64,000 bases of DNA from Dendrobates tinctorius. Taxonomy: Eukaryota. The position numbers and the translations under genes were made by a program. The DNA lies in NCBI RefSeq assembly GCF_039654945.1, contig NW_027361829.1:71114001-71178000 (forward strand), in the 5' to 3' direction. The number at the start of each line of letters is the position of its first letter. Within the stretch, counting starts at the first letter, position 1. This document shows, piece after piece, positions 11,214 to 23,345 of this stretch. The notes under the pieces are model-generated. The model was given only the letters and a program-made list of their open reading frames with translations. It had not been told where the DNA came from and made no database searches.

Positions 11214-12482
11214 GCATTGCATAATGTATGGTGGGACTTTCAGGCCATAGTATGTGGTGGTATATTGCTAGTGCATATCCCATTGCTGCAGTTCTCAGTT
11301 CTAGTATTTCTCTACACAGCTGCGCTCTCGGCCACCTGTTATGCAAGAAATACGGTAACTAGAGACCAGTGCTAAGCTACAGCTGTGGCCCCTCCATACT
11401 CACTGTGGCCCCTCCATACTCACTGTGGCCCCTCCATACTCACTGTGGCCCGTTCATACTCACTGTGGCCCGTTCATACTCACTGTGGCCCCTTCATACT
11501 CACTGTGGCCCCTTCATACTCACTGTGGCCCCTTCATACTCACTGTGGCCCCTCCATGCTCACTGTGGCCCCTTCATGCTCACTGTGGCCCCTTCATGCT
11601 CACTGTGGCCCCTTCATGCTCACTGTGGCCCCTTCATGCTCACTGTGGCCCCTTCATGCTCACTGTGGCCCCTTCATGCTCACTGTGGCCCCTCCATACT
11701 CACTGTGGCCCCTCCATACTCACTGTGGCCCCTCCATACTCACTGTGGCCCCTTCATTCTCATCCATCATTATCCGTCTTGGTCTTAGGGGTAGTAATAC
11801 CACCAAATTGTTATGGCTAGGATAACATCTTTATTGACCTCTTATATGGACAAACCATAAAAGCCAATTAGTAGAGAAGAGCACATCTATAGAGGCCACA
11901 TCAGAATTCCAGACCCACCAGACGAGAGCCCTGCATACTGCTTCCTACGTGCTAGGCGCCTCTTCTGATACGTAGGCCCGGCAATACGTCATCATTGTGG
12001 CATGACGCATGTATGACATCGCTCCAGGCCAACTAATCAGAAGAGGCGTCAATGACGCCGACCGGTAAGAAGAGGGCTGCTGGCCGGTGGCTACAGAATA
12101 CTGATCTAAATGCTGGACCAGAGTCCTACAAATTGATTTACTCATCTCTACCAAATAGCTAGTGCAGCAGGAAAATTTCAGCTCACAGGCACTGACTAAA
12201 ATTCTCAGCAAAATCTGCAACAAACCTGTGTGTGACCCATGATGATTGTGCCATGGATTTGTCACAGATTCCTAGCCAAATAGCCTATTTTCTCTGCACA
12301 AGGCTACGTCCTCATGTGGACGAAGCTGTAAAGCAGCGGTGGCGTGGAGCCAGTCTTGGACTCGTCTCCCGTAAATAGGACATGCCCAGTAATGATGCGC
12401 AGTGATCTTGGCCACACATATGACCCACAAGTGCTGGAGTCTGGTCTTCCAGCAACCTCTTTAATCTGCTTTTCCATTGGTT
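11214..12482 (+). repeat. Block A', right copy of the long direct duplication; includes ~19 units of the 20-bp minisatellite (11382-11760)
   Basis: Near-identical to 3206-4733. Confidence 0.93.
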
Positions 12483-14397
12483 CGGGAATATGGAAAGGTG
12501 AGAGGCTGCAGACTTTATTCATCATTCATGGTGTGTCTACACCACCCTACTCGCTGCACTAGACCACCGCCGATCAGCTGCTTGCTAGTAGCCGGTTGTT
12601 TAATAACCTGTTTAATATGTGCACTTAGCCATCATTTCTAGATCATTTTGGTCATGTAGGCTGCCGTTGTTTTTGGCAGCACTGTGTACACATGTGCTGC
12701 CGAGAACAAATATTTTTATTTTTAAGCAAACCAAAAGATCGTTTGTCAGGTGACGGCAGCCTGGTTACACTGCATGTCAAGAAAGAGCTCCCAGAATAAT
12801 CGATCACTGATCGTTCTGTCTGAGGGTCATGTTGCCAATTGGAAGATGTTTAACGCCGGTCTAAACCCGAGCACCTCAGAAAACAGGATTATTTTCAATG
12901 ATCTACTTTTGAGGATTGTTCACACGACCATATTTTCAGTCTGAGTTCTGCCCATGAAAAAAAACATGGATAGTACTTGGACCAATATTATTCAATGGGG
13001 CAGTGTGGTTTCTTCTGTAAATCGAATGTGAATCACCCATTCAAGTCTATGGTTGGGAGAAAAATGCCGGATGCCGTACGGACCACAGCATTGCATCTGA
13101 TTTTTACCGATACATTGCAATTCTGTAACATAGGAAGCTGTAAACGATTAATAGCTGCTGGAAAAAATGGATTGTATGAAGATGATTGCACATGGATGAC
13201 AAGGGAGAAAAAATGTCTGCGTTTTCTGGATGAAGTCAATGATTTTTTTTTATGCTTTTCTGCGGAGTTTTGATCTGACACTATAGGCCATTTTCTAGCT
13301 CTGTGCAAATGGCTTTCATGCCATTGAGGTCTACATTTGGCAGCCGCTCCGTCCTGTGACAATCTCGGCAGCTGGCACTGTGATTCTGGGCTAGGATCAG
13401 CGTTCTGATGACTGCGGGCGCCGCTCCTAGCGACCTCCTGACATCAGTCAGAAAGGAGAGATGGGCTCATGTGTTTGTGGTGAGATCATCAGTGGGATCT
13501 CCAGCTGCACTCGGAATACTGCATCTACCCTGTGTCTACAGGAAAAAATGCCACTTCCTGAATCCGCACATGGAAGATGGGATAAATCCTTGGGCCGGGC
13601 CGTGTGTGCATCATGTCCTAGCATGACGGTATGGAAATCATGAAACAGGTTTCCTTGTTATTAATAGTGTCTAGTTAACCCATAAAAATCCTGCTTATTC
13701 TGTAGGATTAAGGACAAGTGTTTTATGTGTTGTTTTTTTATTTTGTTTCAGAATAAACATTTGTTTAAAGAAAAATTATTTAACAAAAATCACTATAGTA
13801 AGATGCCCCAGGTGTCTACAATATTACATTGTTGGGATAAACCTAGTCCCTCTAGAAATCAGTGAAAGGTCGGCTTCAGGGCCTCTGCCCTTTCTCTGTA
13901 GTTACCTGGCATGGTGACGTCCATGGGAGTCTCCACATTGATGTAAATATGGGTTAAGTGCGGTTCAGCTAATTTCCAAGTACAGCTACTATCCTATGGA
14001 CTTCAGCCACATTCTGCAGATTTCACTTGATTGCCTTTACAAAGAAAAACTCATGTATTTACCGTAATATCTGGAGATAAAACAACCATCAGCGAAAGAA
14101 CCACAAGGAGCGCCCCCTTCACTGCAGTGCCTGCACATAAACTTTACCCCTGGTGAAGCCACAGGTCTAGTGGTGATACATGGGGGGGGGGGGTGGGCGT
14201 TCTCCCTCTCTCCCTCCTCTCTACCAATTTACAGGTCCTTATTATACCCATTATCTTCTGGTCAACTGTGTTTTTTTTCATAACAGATGCTTAGTGCTTA
14301 TTTCCTCATTACAGGATTTATTATCTCCATTGGGTTCCATGCACTTGTTATTATCTCTAAATTTCTGCCAAGTATATTATTTAGTTTACTGAGGTAT

Positions 14398-15444
14398 TTT
14401 CACAAGTTTACCGCGACAGAGCAGGGCCAGAAGACCGCAATGTCTGATTCCACATACTTCTGTACTGATTAGAAGCACTTCACCATCATATTAAATGGTG
14501 CAGGTTTCTGCTAGCAGTGTAGGAGTTAAATCTGTTCATTTGAGTCTCTGAAGCTTTCCTACCTTGTTGGTCTCAGCTGTTCACTCCCCACTCCTATATA
14601 TACTTGCCTCTGACAATCAGAATTGCCAGTGTTAGTTTATACTGCCTTGTGTGGAGTTGGAGGTGTTGTTTGAGGAGGCGTTTGGAGTGTTAAATCACCA
14701 AGCAACAGTCTTTAGATTATATGTGTGCATATCCTCATCCTCTTCTATTTGGTTGTTCCTTCCTTTTACTTCCTAGTGTTCCACTCTTTTGTTTGTGAGT
14801 GCATATTTGTATGATTTGGTATTTTCATTTATCCATGTAGGTCTTCCCTTAAGGCCCCTTTACATTTAGCGATGCACCAGCGATCCCGACCACGATATGA
14901 CCCTGTCAGGATCGCTGGTGCATTGCTAAATGGTCGCTAGTGAGCTGCCAAACCTCACTAGCGATGCAGCAGCGCTCGGCGGTTGCTCTTACCTTTGAGA
15001 CGCGGTGAGGGTGTCCGTCTTCCGCCTGCGTCCATGGCCGCTCGTCGGTGCCAGCAGGAAGACGACGACGAGAAATGGACCAGGCCGATCTCGCGCTATC
15101 AGCGATAGCCAGCGGGTGAGCCGGTCGGAGGTAGGTATCACATGTAACGATATCGCTAGCAATATCGCTGCTGCGTCACAAAATCGGTGATGCTTTAGCG
15201 ATATCGCTATGTGTAAAGCCCCCTTTAGTCTGGGTTGTTTGTTCTTGTACACTTCAACTCCCCACTTCCCAGAGTGGGGGAGGGCACAGATAAGCGCTAA
15301 TTTAGGAGTTCTGCAAGGTACACGTGGCTCTAGCATCTTCACCATTAAAAATAATCCGGGGATCAGGGATAGCTAGGACGCCCCTATCTTTAGGGATAGG
15401 GAAGGAACCTCTGCCACAATATTTCAAACTACAGTTACATGACA
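14398..15444. mobile_element. Solo LTR (Gypsy-type) with nested MITE
   Basis: Ends T(T)TCAC...ATGACA, flanked by 5-bp TSD GGTAT (14393-14397, 15445-15449). Confidence 0.7.
14852..15224. mobile_element. Harbinger-type MITE inside solo LTR
   Basis: Imperfect TIRs AGGCCCCTTTACAT / ATGTGTAAAGCCCCCT, TTA TSD, internal AGCGAT/ATCGCT repeats. Confidence 0.75.
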
Positions 15445-15861
15445 GGTATTGTTACAGAACCAGATTTTTTCGTATATTGCTTGATAGTTTATACATTGTT
15501 TTGAACTGGCACTTAGAGGTGATTTGGGTCATTATTTTATTTAATTGTAAAGGGTAGGTTATGTGATACATCTTTGGCTTAAGTGAGTAGGTTATTAAAT
15601 TATTTGTATGTACTTCTTTTTCAGTTTGTGTTGATGGATAATCACTCCGTATAAGTTACCATTGGTCGTTCCCCTTAATAGTGATGCCCTCTTAGTTTAC
15701 CTTTTTCTATACCTAGCACATAGTCTAAAGGCCCTGTCACACTAAGCGAGATCGCTAGCGAGATCGCTGCTGAGTCACTAGAACTGTGACGTTATAGCGA
15801 TCTTACCAGCGAGATCGCTGTGTGTGACAGTGACCAGCGACCAGCCCCCCTGCCGGGTATC

Positions 15862-16598
15862 TGTTAGGGTGCCCGAGGGTGAACCCACTGGACCACGGCA
15901 GCGAACCTCCCCTGGGCGAGTGGACCACCCCCTATACAGGGAGTGTTAGGGACAAGCCCAGGGAAGACTATTACCGCGGCAGCTGGTACCCAGACAGCCG
16001 AAAACACAGGGTAGAACGGCCAGGTGACCGGATACTGGACCGGGGTAGCACGGCAGGAACACAGGAGACTGGACCAGGATAGGATGGCAGGAACACAGGA
16101 GACTAGACCAAGGTAGGACGGCAGGAACCCAGCAGACTGGACCAGGGTAGGACGGCAGGAACCCAGCAGACTGGACCAGGGTAGGACGGCAGGAACACAG
16201 CAGACTGGACCAGGGTAGGACGGCACACTGCATACACAGGAGATAGAAGGTAACAGCGCCGGGAGAAGGTAGGCAGGCGCCACACAGAGGAATCAGAAGA
16301 GGACGCCAGCAAGCGTGGGGCCAGAGTCACGGGGAGTGGTACCAATGACGATCAGGCAACGTCACTAGGGAGCGACGGCCTGATGTAGGAGAGTGGGGAG
16401 GGCTTCCGGGTCAGGAACCTCCTACCAGCAAGAGAGGCGACGGTTCAGAGAGGCAGTGCGCGCGCCCGTCGGGACCCACGGGGAGCGTGCGCCCGGGAGG
16501 CCGCAAGCAGCGCCAGAGGGGCAGGGGCACCGGCGGGACCGCGCAGGGGAGCGGTGGCCCGGTGAGACGGATGGGACGCAGGCGGCGGTGAGGTGACA
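15862..16598 (-). repeat. 3' LTR (737 bp, TGTCA...TAACA) with ~6 internal 34-bp repeats
   Basis: TG...CA termini, adjacent PPT, homology to 20606-21208. Confidence 0.92.
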
Positions 16599-19500
16599 GT
16601 ACCCCCCCCTTACGCTCCCCCCTCCCAAGGTTGGAAAGAAATCTTGCCAAAATCCGGGGAGCCTGAATGTTCTCCCGAGGTTCCCAAGATCTCTCTTCAG
16701 GGCCGAACCCCTTCCAATCGACCAAGAAAACGGTTTTTCCCCTAAGCCTCTTCATGGCGAGAATGTCTTTAACCTCAAAGACATCATCGGCGGAAATGGG
16801 CTGTGGAGTGCGGGTGGTAGAGGCATGGAACTGGTTGAGGACCACAGGTTTCAGAAGAGAAACATGAAACGAATTGGGGATGCGAAGCGAGGCAGGGAGC
16901 TTTAACTTGTAAGAGACATCGTTGATGCGGGACAGGACCTCGAAGGGTCCAATAAACCGAGGACCCAATTTGTGTGAAGGGAGCCTAAGGCGGATGAACC
17001 TGGAGGATAACCACACTCTATCGCCAGGATGGTAGAGAGGTGGGTCCAAGCGCCTCTTGTCTGCGTGTCTCTTCATCTTAACCTGAGCTTGTTCGAGGGC
17101 GGTTTTGGTCTCCTGCCAGATCCTGGAGAACTCCCCAGACAGAAGATCAGCGGCCGGCACACCCGAGACAGGAGGAACTGGTAGCGGTACGCCTGGATGT
17201 AGACCATAGACAATAAAGAAGGGAGATTTGGCTGAAGATTCGTTAGCATAGTTGTTGTATGCAAATTCGGCCCAAGGGAGCAAGTCTGACCAGTCGTTCT
17301 GGTGAGCGTTGGAAAAGTGACGGAGGTAATTGACCAAAATTTGGTTGGTACGCTCTGCTTGACCGTTAGTTTGAGGGTGATATGCAGAGGAGAAATCCAG
17401 TGTGACGTCCATAAACTTGCAGATCGCCCTCCAAAATCGGGAGGTGAACTGGACTCCTCTATCAGAGACAATACGTTGAGGAAGCACGTGGAGACGAAAA
17501 ATATGGTGGACAAAAATCTTCGCCAATTCGGGAGCCGAGGGTAATCCAGACAGAGGAACGAAATGAGCCATCTTGGAGAACCTGTCCACGACGACTAAGA
17601 CGACTGTATATCCAGAGGAACGAGGCAGGTCAGTGACAAAATCCATGGCAATGTGCTGCCAGGGAGCCGAAGGGACTGGTAGCGGGTGCAGAAGACCAGA
17701 AGGTAATTGCCTGGGGACCTTGTTTTTGGCACAGGATGGACACGAGGCTAAAAAATTACGAACATCCTGGAGAAGAGTAGGCCACCAATAGTAGCGCGAG
17801 ACCAGAAGAAGAGTCTTTTTCAACCCCACATGGCCTGCAATCTTAGAAGAGTGGCCCCAATGCAAGACTCGTCTCCTGTTGGTTACCGGAACGAAGGTCT
17901 TACCCGGTGGCAGGGTAGACAGAGTGAGGGGAGCCACCGTAATGATCTTGGAGGGATCCAGGATGTGCGCAGGGGCCTCCTCAGTGTCGACGGCAAGAAA
18001 GGATCTGGACAATGCATCAGCCTTAAGGTTCTTCCTACCCGGGCAGAAGTGCAGTTCGAAATCGAAACGGGCGAAAAACAAGGACCATCTTGCCTGTCGA
18101 GGGTTAAGTCTCTGTGCCGATCGGATGTAAGCCAGATTTTTATGGTCCGTGTAGACTTTAAAAGGATACACTGCTCCCTCCAAAAGGTATCGCCATTCTT
18201 GCAATGCCATCTTAATGGCCAAAAGCTTCCTGTCACCAAAAGAGTAGTTCCGTTCGGGAGCCGAAAACGTTTTCGAGAAGAAGCCACAGGTGACAAGATG
18301 CCCGGAGGGGGATCTCTGAGAGAGTACGGCTCCGACGCCGATGGCAGAGGCGTCCACCTCCAAAATGAAAGGTTTGTTAGTCTCTGGGCGGTGAAGGACT
18401 GGAGCAGAAGCAAAGGCTCGCTTTAGGGCTAAGAAGGACGCCTCGGCCTCGGACGACCAGACGTGCGGGTTGGCCCCCTTACGAATCAGAGAGGTGATGG
18501 GAGCGGTCAAGGAAGAAAAATGGGGGATGAATTGCCGGTAGTAGTTGGCAAAACCCAGGAATCGTTGGATTGCCTTGACTCAATGCGGTTGTGGCCAGTT
18601 GAGTACGGCTGACACCTTCTGTGGATCCATGCTCAGGCCGGAATCTGAAACAATGTACCCCAGGAACTGAAGAGAGGTCTATTCAAAGGAGCATTTCTCC
18701 AGTTTTGCATAAAGGTGATTCTCCCGTAGGTGAGAGAGGACCAGACGAACACTCCTCCTATGGGCCGCCAGATCCGAGGAAAAGACAAGAATATCGTCCA
18801 GATATACCACCACACAAGAGTAAAGGAGGTCTTGGAAAATGTCATTCACGAATTCTTGGAACACTGCGGGAGCGTTGCAGAGGCCGAAGGGCATGACCAA
18901 ATATTCATAGTGACCGTCCCTGGTGTTGAACGCGGTCTTCCATTTGTCACCAGGGCGAATGCGGATAAGATTGTAGGCCCCACGCAGGTCTAGTTTGGTG
19001 AAGATTCGTGCCCCCCGCAATCGATCAAATAGCTCAGGAATGAGAGGAAGCGGGTACTTGTTCTTGATAGTGATGTCATTCAGGCCCCTGTAGTCGATCC
19101 ACGGGCGAAGAGTCCCCATCCTTCTTCTTCACAAAAAAGAAGCCCGCACCTGCGGGTGAAGTAGACTTCCGAATAAAGCCTTTATCCAGGGCCTCCTGGA
19201 CGTACTCTGACATGGCTTGAGTCTCCAGAGGATTCAACGGATAAATTCGGCCCCGGGGTGGAGAGGAGCCCAGAACGAGGTTGATGGAGCAGTCATAGGG
19301 ACGAAGGGGTGGCAGGCATTCGGCCCCCTTCTTGTTGAAAACGTCAGCGAAGGACCAATAGGCAGAAGGCAAGCCCACGGGCGCCACTGGAGTTCTAGGA
19401 GACTTGATGGGCAGAACTGGAAGAAGACACGAAGAGTGGCACGACTGACCCCACCGAAGGATGTCTCCGGATCGCCAATCAAGAACGGGTTCATGGGTCC

Positions 19501-19612
19501 TTAACCATGGGAGGCCTAAGAGTAACGTGTGAGAGAGCAAGGGCAATACCAGGAAAGTTATCTTCTCCCGATGTAGAGCTCCGACTTGTAACTCCACCTC
19601 TTCGGTGACCAA
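16599..19612 (-). pseudogene. Gypsy pol (partial protease, RT, RNase H, integrase, chromodomain), frameshifted
   Basis: [29 protein letters not shown]; EVDASAIGVGAVL; HHCC zinc finger, MDFVTDLP, VSDRGVQF, QTNGQAER, GPF; chromodomain FEVKDIL...FLVDWKGFGPEERSWEP. Confidence 0.95.
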
Positions 19613-20592
19613 TGTTACAACCTCCAGAGACAGAGACCTTTGTCGAACTTCTCCTGGCGACGTTGCTCTGCCGGTTTGAGACGATCTACATGCATGGGTT
19701 CCGAAGCCAAGGCAGCGGAGGTAGAGGGAAACCGCGGAACGGAAGGACTGCGGGTTGCTAGGGAAACGCGGGGAAATCTTCTCTCCCTGGCGGACTCGCG
19801 GGAGCGCTCCTGGAAGCGCAAGTCAATGCGCGTCGCCAAGGAAATGAGATCCTCTAGGGTCGTGGGAGTGTCGCGACCCGCTAGCTCATCCTTTAATGCG
19901 CGGGGATAGGCCGCGCCAGAATGCTCCCACCAACGCCTCATTGTTCCAGCCGAGCTCCGAGGACAAGGTGCGAAACTGGATAGCATATTGCCCTACAGAA
20001 AGAGTACCCTGGCGAAGATTAAAGAGGGACTCCGTAGTTGAAGCCAGGCGTCCAGGTTCGTCAAAGACCTTTCGAAAGGTCTCGAGGAACGTGGAGAGCT
20101 GGGAGACCACCGGGTCATCCCGCTCCCAGAGAGGGTTTACCCAGGCCAATGCCTCACCCTCCAGGTGGGATACCACAAAGGCCACCTTGGCACGGTCTGT
20201 AGGATATTGGTGAGGCAGCAATTCGAAGTGCAATTGGCACTGATTGAGGAACCCGCTGCATAATCGGGGGTCACCGCCATACCGCGGAGCCTTAGCTAAC
20301 CAGGGGGGCTGGATGTGGAGACGGGGCCGGAGCAGGGACAGCCGCAGCAGACTGGAGCGCAAGGAGTCGGTTATCCACCGAAGCCATATAGTTTAAAATA
20401 TGACCCTGGGTATCGCGTTGCTGGGCGAGCTCCTGCAGGAGACTGGCCAGCTGCGACGCACTTCCGGGATCCGAGGGCTGTAGGGCTGATAACCGGGACT
20501 CCATGGATTTTAGGAAGGTCATGATCCGGGCCTGATTCTCGGAGGGTCGCCAGCTCCTTCTGGGTGGTTGCTGAGGTACCAGCGGGATTCAT
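19613..20592 (-). pseudogene. Gypsy gag (PEG10/RTL1-like retrotransposon gag), frameshifted and truncated at the zinc knuckle
   Basis: PRYGGDP...GFLNQC...GEALAW...LRQGTLSVGQYAIQFRTL...WNNEAL; ATG at 20592 just after the PBS position. Confidence 0.9.
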
Positions 20593-20605
20593 GGCCTGAT
20601 CGTAC

Positions 20606-21208
20606 TGTTAGGGTGCCCGAGGGTGAACCCACTGGACCACGGCAACGAACCTCCCCTGGGCGAGTGGACCAGGTGGACCACCCCCTATACAGGGAGTGTT
20701 AGGGACAGGCCCAGGGAAGACTATTACCGCGACAGCTGGTACCCAGACAGCCGAAAACACAGGGTAGAACGGCCAGGTGACCGGATACTGGACCGGGGTA
20801 GCACGGCAGGAACACAGGAGACTGGACCAGGATAGGATGGCAGGAACACAGGAGACTGGACCAAGGTAGGACGGCAGGAACACAGCAGACTGGACCAGGG
20901 TAGGACGGCAGGAACACAGCAGACTGGACCAGGGTAGGACAGCAGGAACACAGCAGACTGGACCAGGGTAGGACGGCAGGAACACAGCAGACTGGACCAG
21001 GGTAGGACGGCAGGAACACAGCAGACTGGACCAGGGTAGGACGGCAGGAACAAAGCAGACTGGACCAGGGTAGGACGGCACACTGCAAACACAGGAGATA
21101 GAAGGTAACAGTGCCGGGAGAAGGTAGGCAGGCGCCACACAGAGGAATCAGAAGAGGACGCCAGCAAGCGTGGGGCCAGAGTCACGGGGAGTAGTACCAA
21201 TGACGATC
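20606..21208 (-). repeat. 5' LTR lacking U3, with ~9 internal 34-bp repeats
   Basis: Matches 15862-16353; homology stops at ...CCAATGACGATC. Confidence 0.9.
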
Positions 21209-21250
21209 CCCTGATGAAGAAATGGTATACATTTCGAAACGCGTTGGGAA
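21206..21250 (+). ncRNA. Minimal hammerhead ribozyme at the start of a short PLE-type fragment (21206 to ~21345)
   Basis: TCCC-CTGATGA-A-GAAATG-GTATA-CATTTC-GAAAC-GC-GTT-GGGA, followed by AATAAA. Confidence 0.85.
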
Positions 21251-22484
21251 ATAAATGAATTAATCCTTTTCCTAAATATTGGATTGGTGAATTTATCTGG
21301 CAGCGCACAAAAGTCCGAGAATTTATTCCAAAAACTGATGGACATTTCTTTGGTCGCTCATGTCCCGCTGAGTCGCTTGTATCGTCACGTTTGACACCTA
21401 GCCTAGCGACCTCGTTAGTGACTCAGAAGCAAGACAAGGTGGGGATTAGCGTTCCCAACATCGTTACAAAGATCGCTATTGCACGCTAGATCGTTGCTCC
21501 GTTTTTGGGTAGATTGGACTGTCTGACATCTCAATAGCGACCACATAGCGATGTGGCAACGATCCCTGTCTTGTCGTATCGCTGTCGGGATCGTTATAGC
21601 GTCGCTAGGTGTGACGGGACCTTAAGCTCTCATTCAGACATCTTTGGCAAAGCTTCTTTTTATTTCTCATGTGAAAAATGGACAATTTGTGTGCTGGATT
21701 CACTTTTGGTCCATGTGTCTGCATTTACAATCTGTGTGTCATCCATTTTTCTTGTGTACAGAAAAAAATAGAGCGGTTTTTCAAAGCTTCTCCTGTGAAC
21801 TGCTCAATGAAAAATAGCAAAGGGATGACACGCTGATGTCATCTGTGCGCAATTCATTTTTTCTTACCAATCAGATCAAAAACGGAATTTTCAGCATACG
21901 CCCATAGACCACAATGGGTATGTACTCTATAAATTTTGGGTTTCGATATGGCCATAGATTTCTATACTAATAATATGTAGCTAGCCAAATGTCCCAATAA
22001 ATCCATAGAAAACTTTTCTTGTCGTTGTTAGAAACCAGTCCAAGTACCATTATTCCAGAACTACTTGTAGTAATTTGTTCGTTTTAACAATTTTTCAACT
22101 AGGAATTATCATACTCCGTGTCACAAAAGTTGTGACTCAGCAGCGATCTCGCTACTGAGATTGCTTAGTGAGACGGGGCCTTAATCCCGCAAATCACTCC
22201 ATGGCTGTGCTACTAAAAACTGTGTAGATATGCAAAAAACTCTATTAATGCGCACAATGTTAATTTTAATTACAATTTTATCACAATAAGGCTTCATTCA
22301 GGCGTCTGTTCTTCACGTACATATTCCATCCATGTTTTTCAGAAATAGAACAGGGCTGGTCTCATGTCCTGGTATTTTTGCACAAAATATCTGCCTAAAA
22401 TCACAGAGACAAGCTGGTTTGATCCATGAGTCGGATGAAAATCGGATATTTATTTATTTTGCTTATTGACCATTTAATTCCAGA

Positions 22485-22632
22485 GCTCTTTACAGACATC
22501 ATCTCTATCCCCATTGGGGCTCATAATCTAAATTCCTTACCAGTATTTCTTTGGCGTGTGGAAGGAAACAGAAGAATCTAGAGGAAACCCACGCAAACAT
22601 GGGGAAAACATACAAACTCCTTGCAGATGTTG
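22485..22632 (-). mobile_element. V-SINE-type fragment with L2-like tail
   Basis: Reverse complement of the 33672-33862 motif. Confidence 0.7.
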
Positions 22633-22951
22633 TAAGTCTATAGGTCCATGAAAATAATCACAGCATGTAGATGCCATTCGTGTGATGCCTGTTTTTCACT
22701 GCTTGAGAAACCTCCACCAGACAAGCTGCGGATAGCAACGGACAACACATTGCCCAAACACTGATGAACCTCTGATCAAAAACACTCATCAATATCAGAC
22801 AGTTTTTTGTGTATTAGAAAAATGTTTGACATTTCACTGAGGCCTATGAAATAAATGCCATATGTGAGGATAGTTACCGTATGTTCTTTGTTTCTCGATT
22901 ACGAGCTTTAGCAAAACAGGCGGGTTAAGTAATCATCCATGGCGTCTTCAA

Positions 22952-23345
22952 AAGGGGTTGTCCAGGGTATTGATGAAAGTATACAGTCACACTATGTATC
23001 TGCAGAATGCTGAATCCTCACGGCGTGCGCACAGCACGCTGTCAGTATTATCCGGTGTTGCCAGTGAGTGCAGGCGATCACATGACCACAAGTTGCATTC
23101 TTCCAGCCACTTTCCAACTAGACGTGCCTGGCCTCGCTTATTTCTCTTGTATTGCGTGAGGCTGAGCACATCTAGTCGCCAGGTTACCCACGTATGCAAA
23201 TCGCACACTTACGATCACATATCGGCCAACTCTCAGGCAGCAGCAGAGAATCCTTACAGCGATCGGTGCACACGCTCTTAAGGATTCAGAAGTTTGTGAT
23301 CACACAGTGACTTCAGACTTTCATCAAAACACTAGACAACCCCTT
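22952..23345. mobile_element. T2/Kolobok-type MITE
   Basis: AGGGGTTGTCCAG...CTAGACAACCCCT-TTAA termini, inverted arms; related copy at ~28235-28550. Confidence 0.7.

Larger units (their letters stand above)
15862..21208 (-). mobile_element. Ty3/Gypsy chromovirus (sushi-like) LTR retrotransposon, defective
   Basis: gag, RT, RNase H, integrase and chromodomain on minus strand; complete 3' LTR and truncated 5' LTR; polypurine tract AGGGGGGGGTAC before TGTCA. Confidence 0.96.
15729..21622. mobile_element. MITE (AGCGAT-rich) split by the Gypsy insertion; arms ~15729-15861 and ~21346-21622
   Basis: TIRs AGGCCCTGTCACAC / GTGTGACGGGACCT on either side of the Gypsy element. Confidence 0.65.

Noticed and set aside
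13408-13650. Possible host exon (GC-balanced ORFs)
   Set aside because: No recognisable protein and no convincing splice-site pair
15864-16283. ORFs in the LTRs (also 20608-21308)
   Set aside because: Arise from 34-bp LTR tandem repeats; no protein motifs
19886-20362. Domesticated PEG10/RTL1-like gene
   Set aside because: Lies between LTRs and has frameshifts and a deletion; an ordinary defective retrotransposon gag
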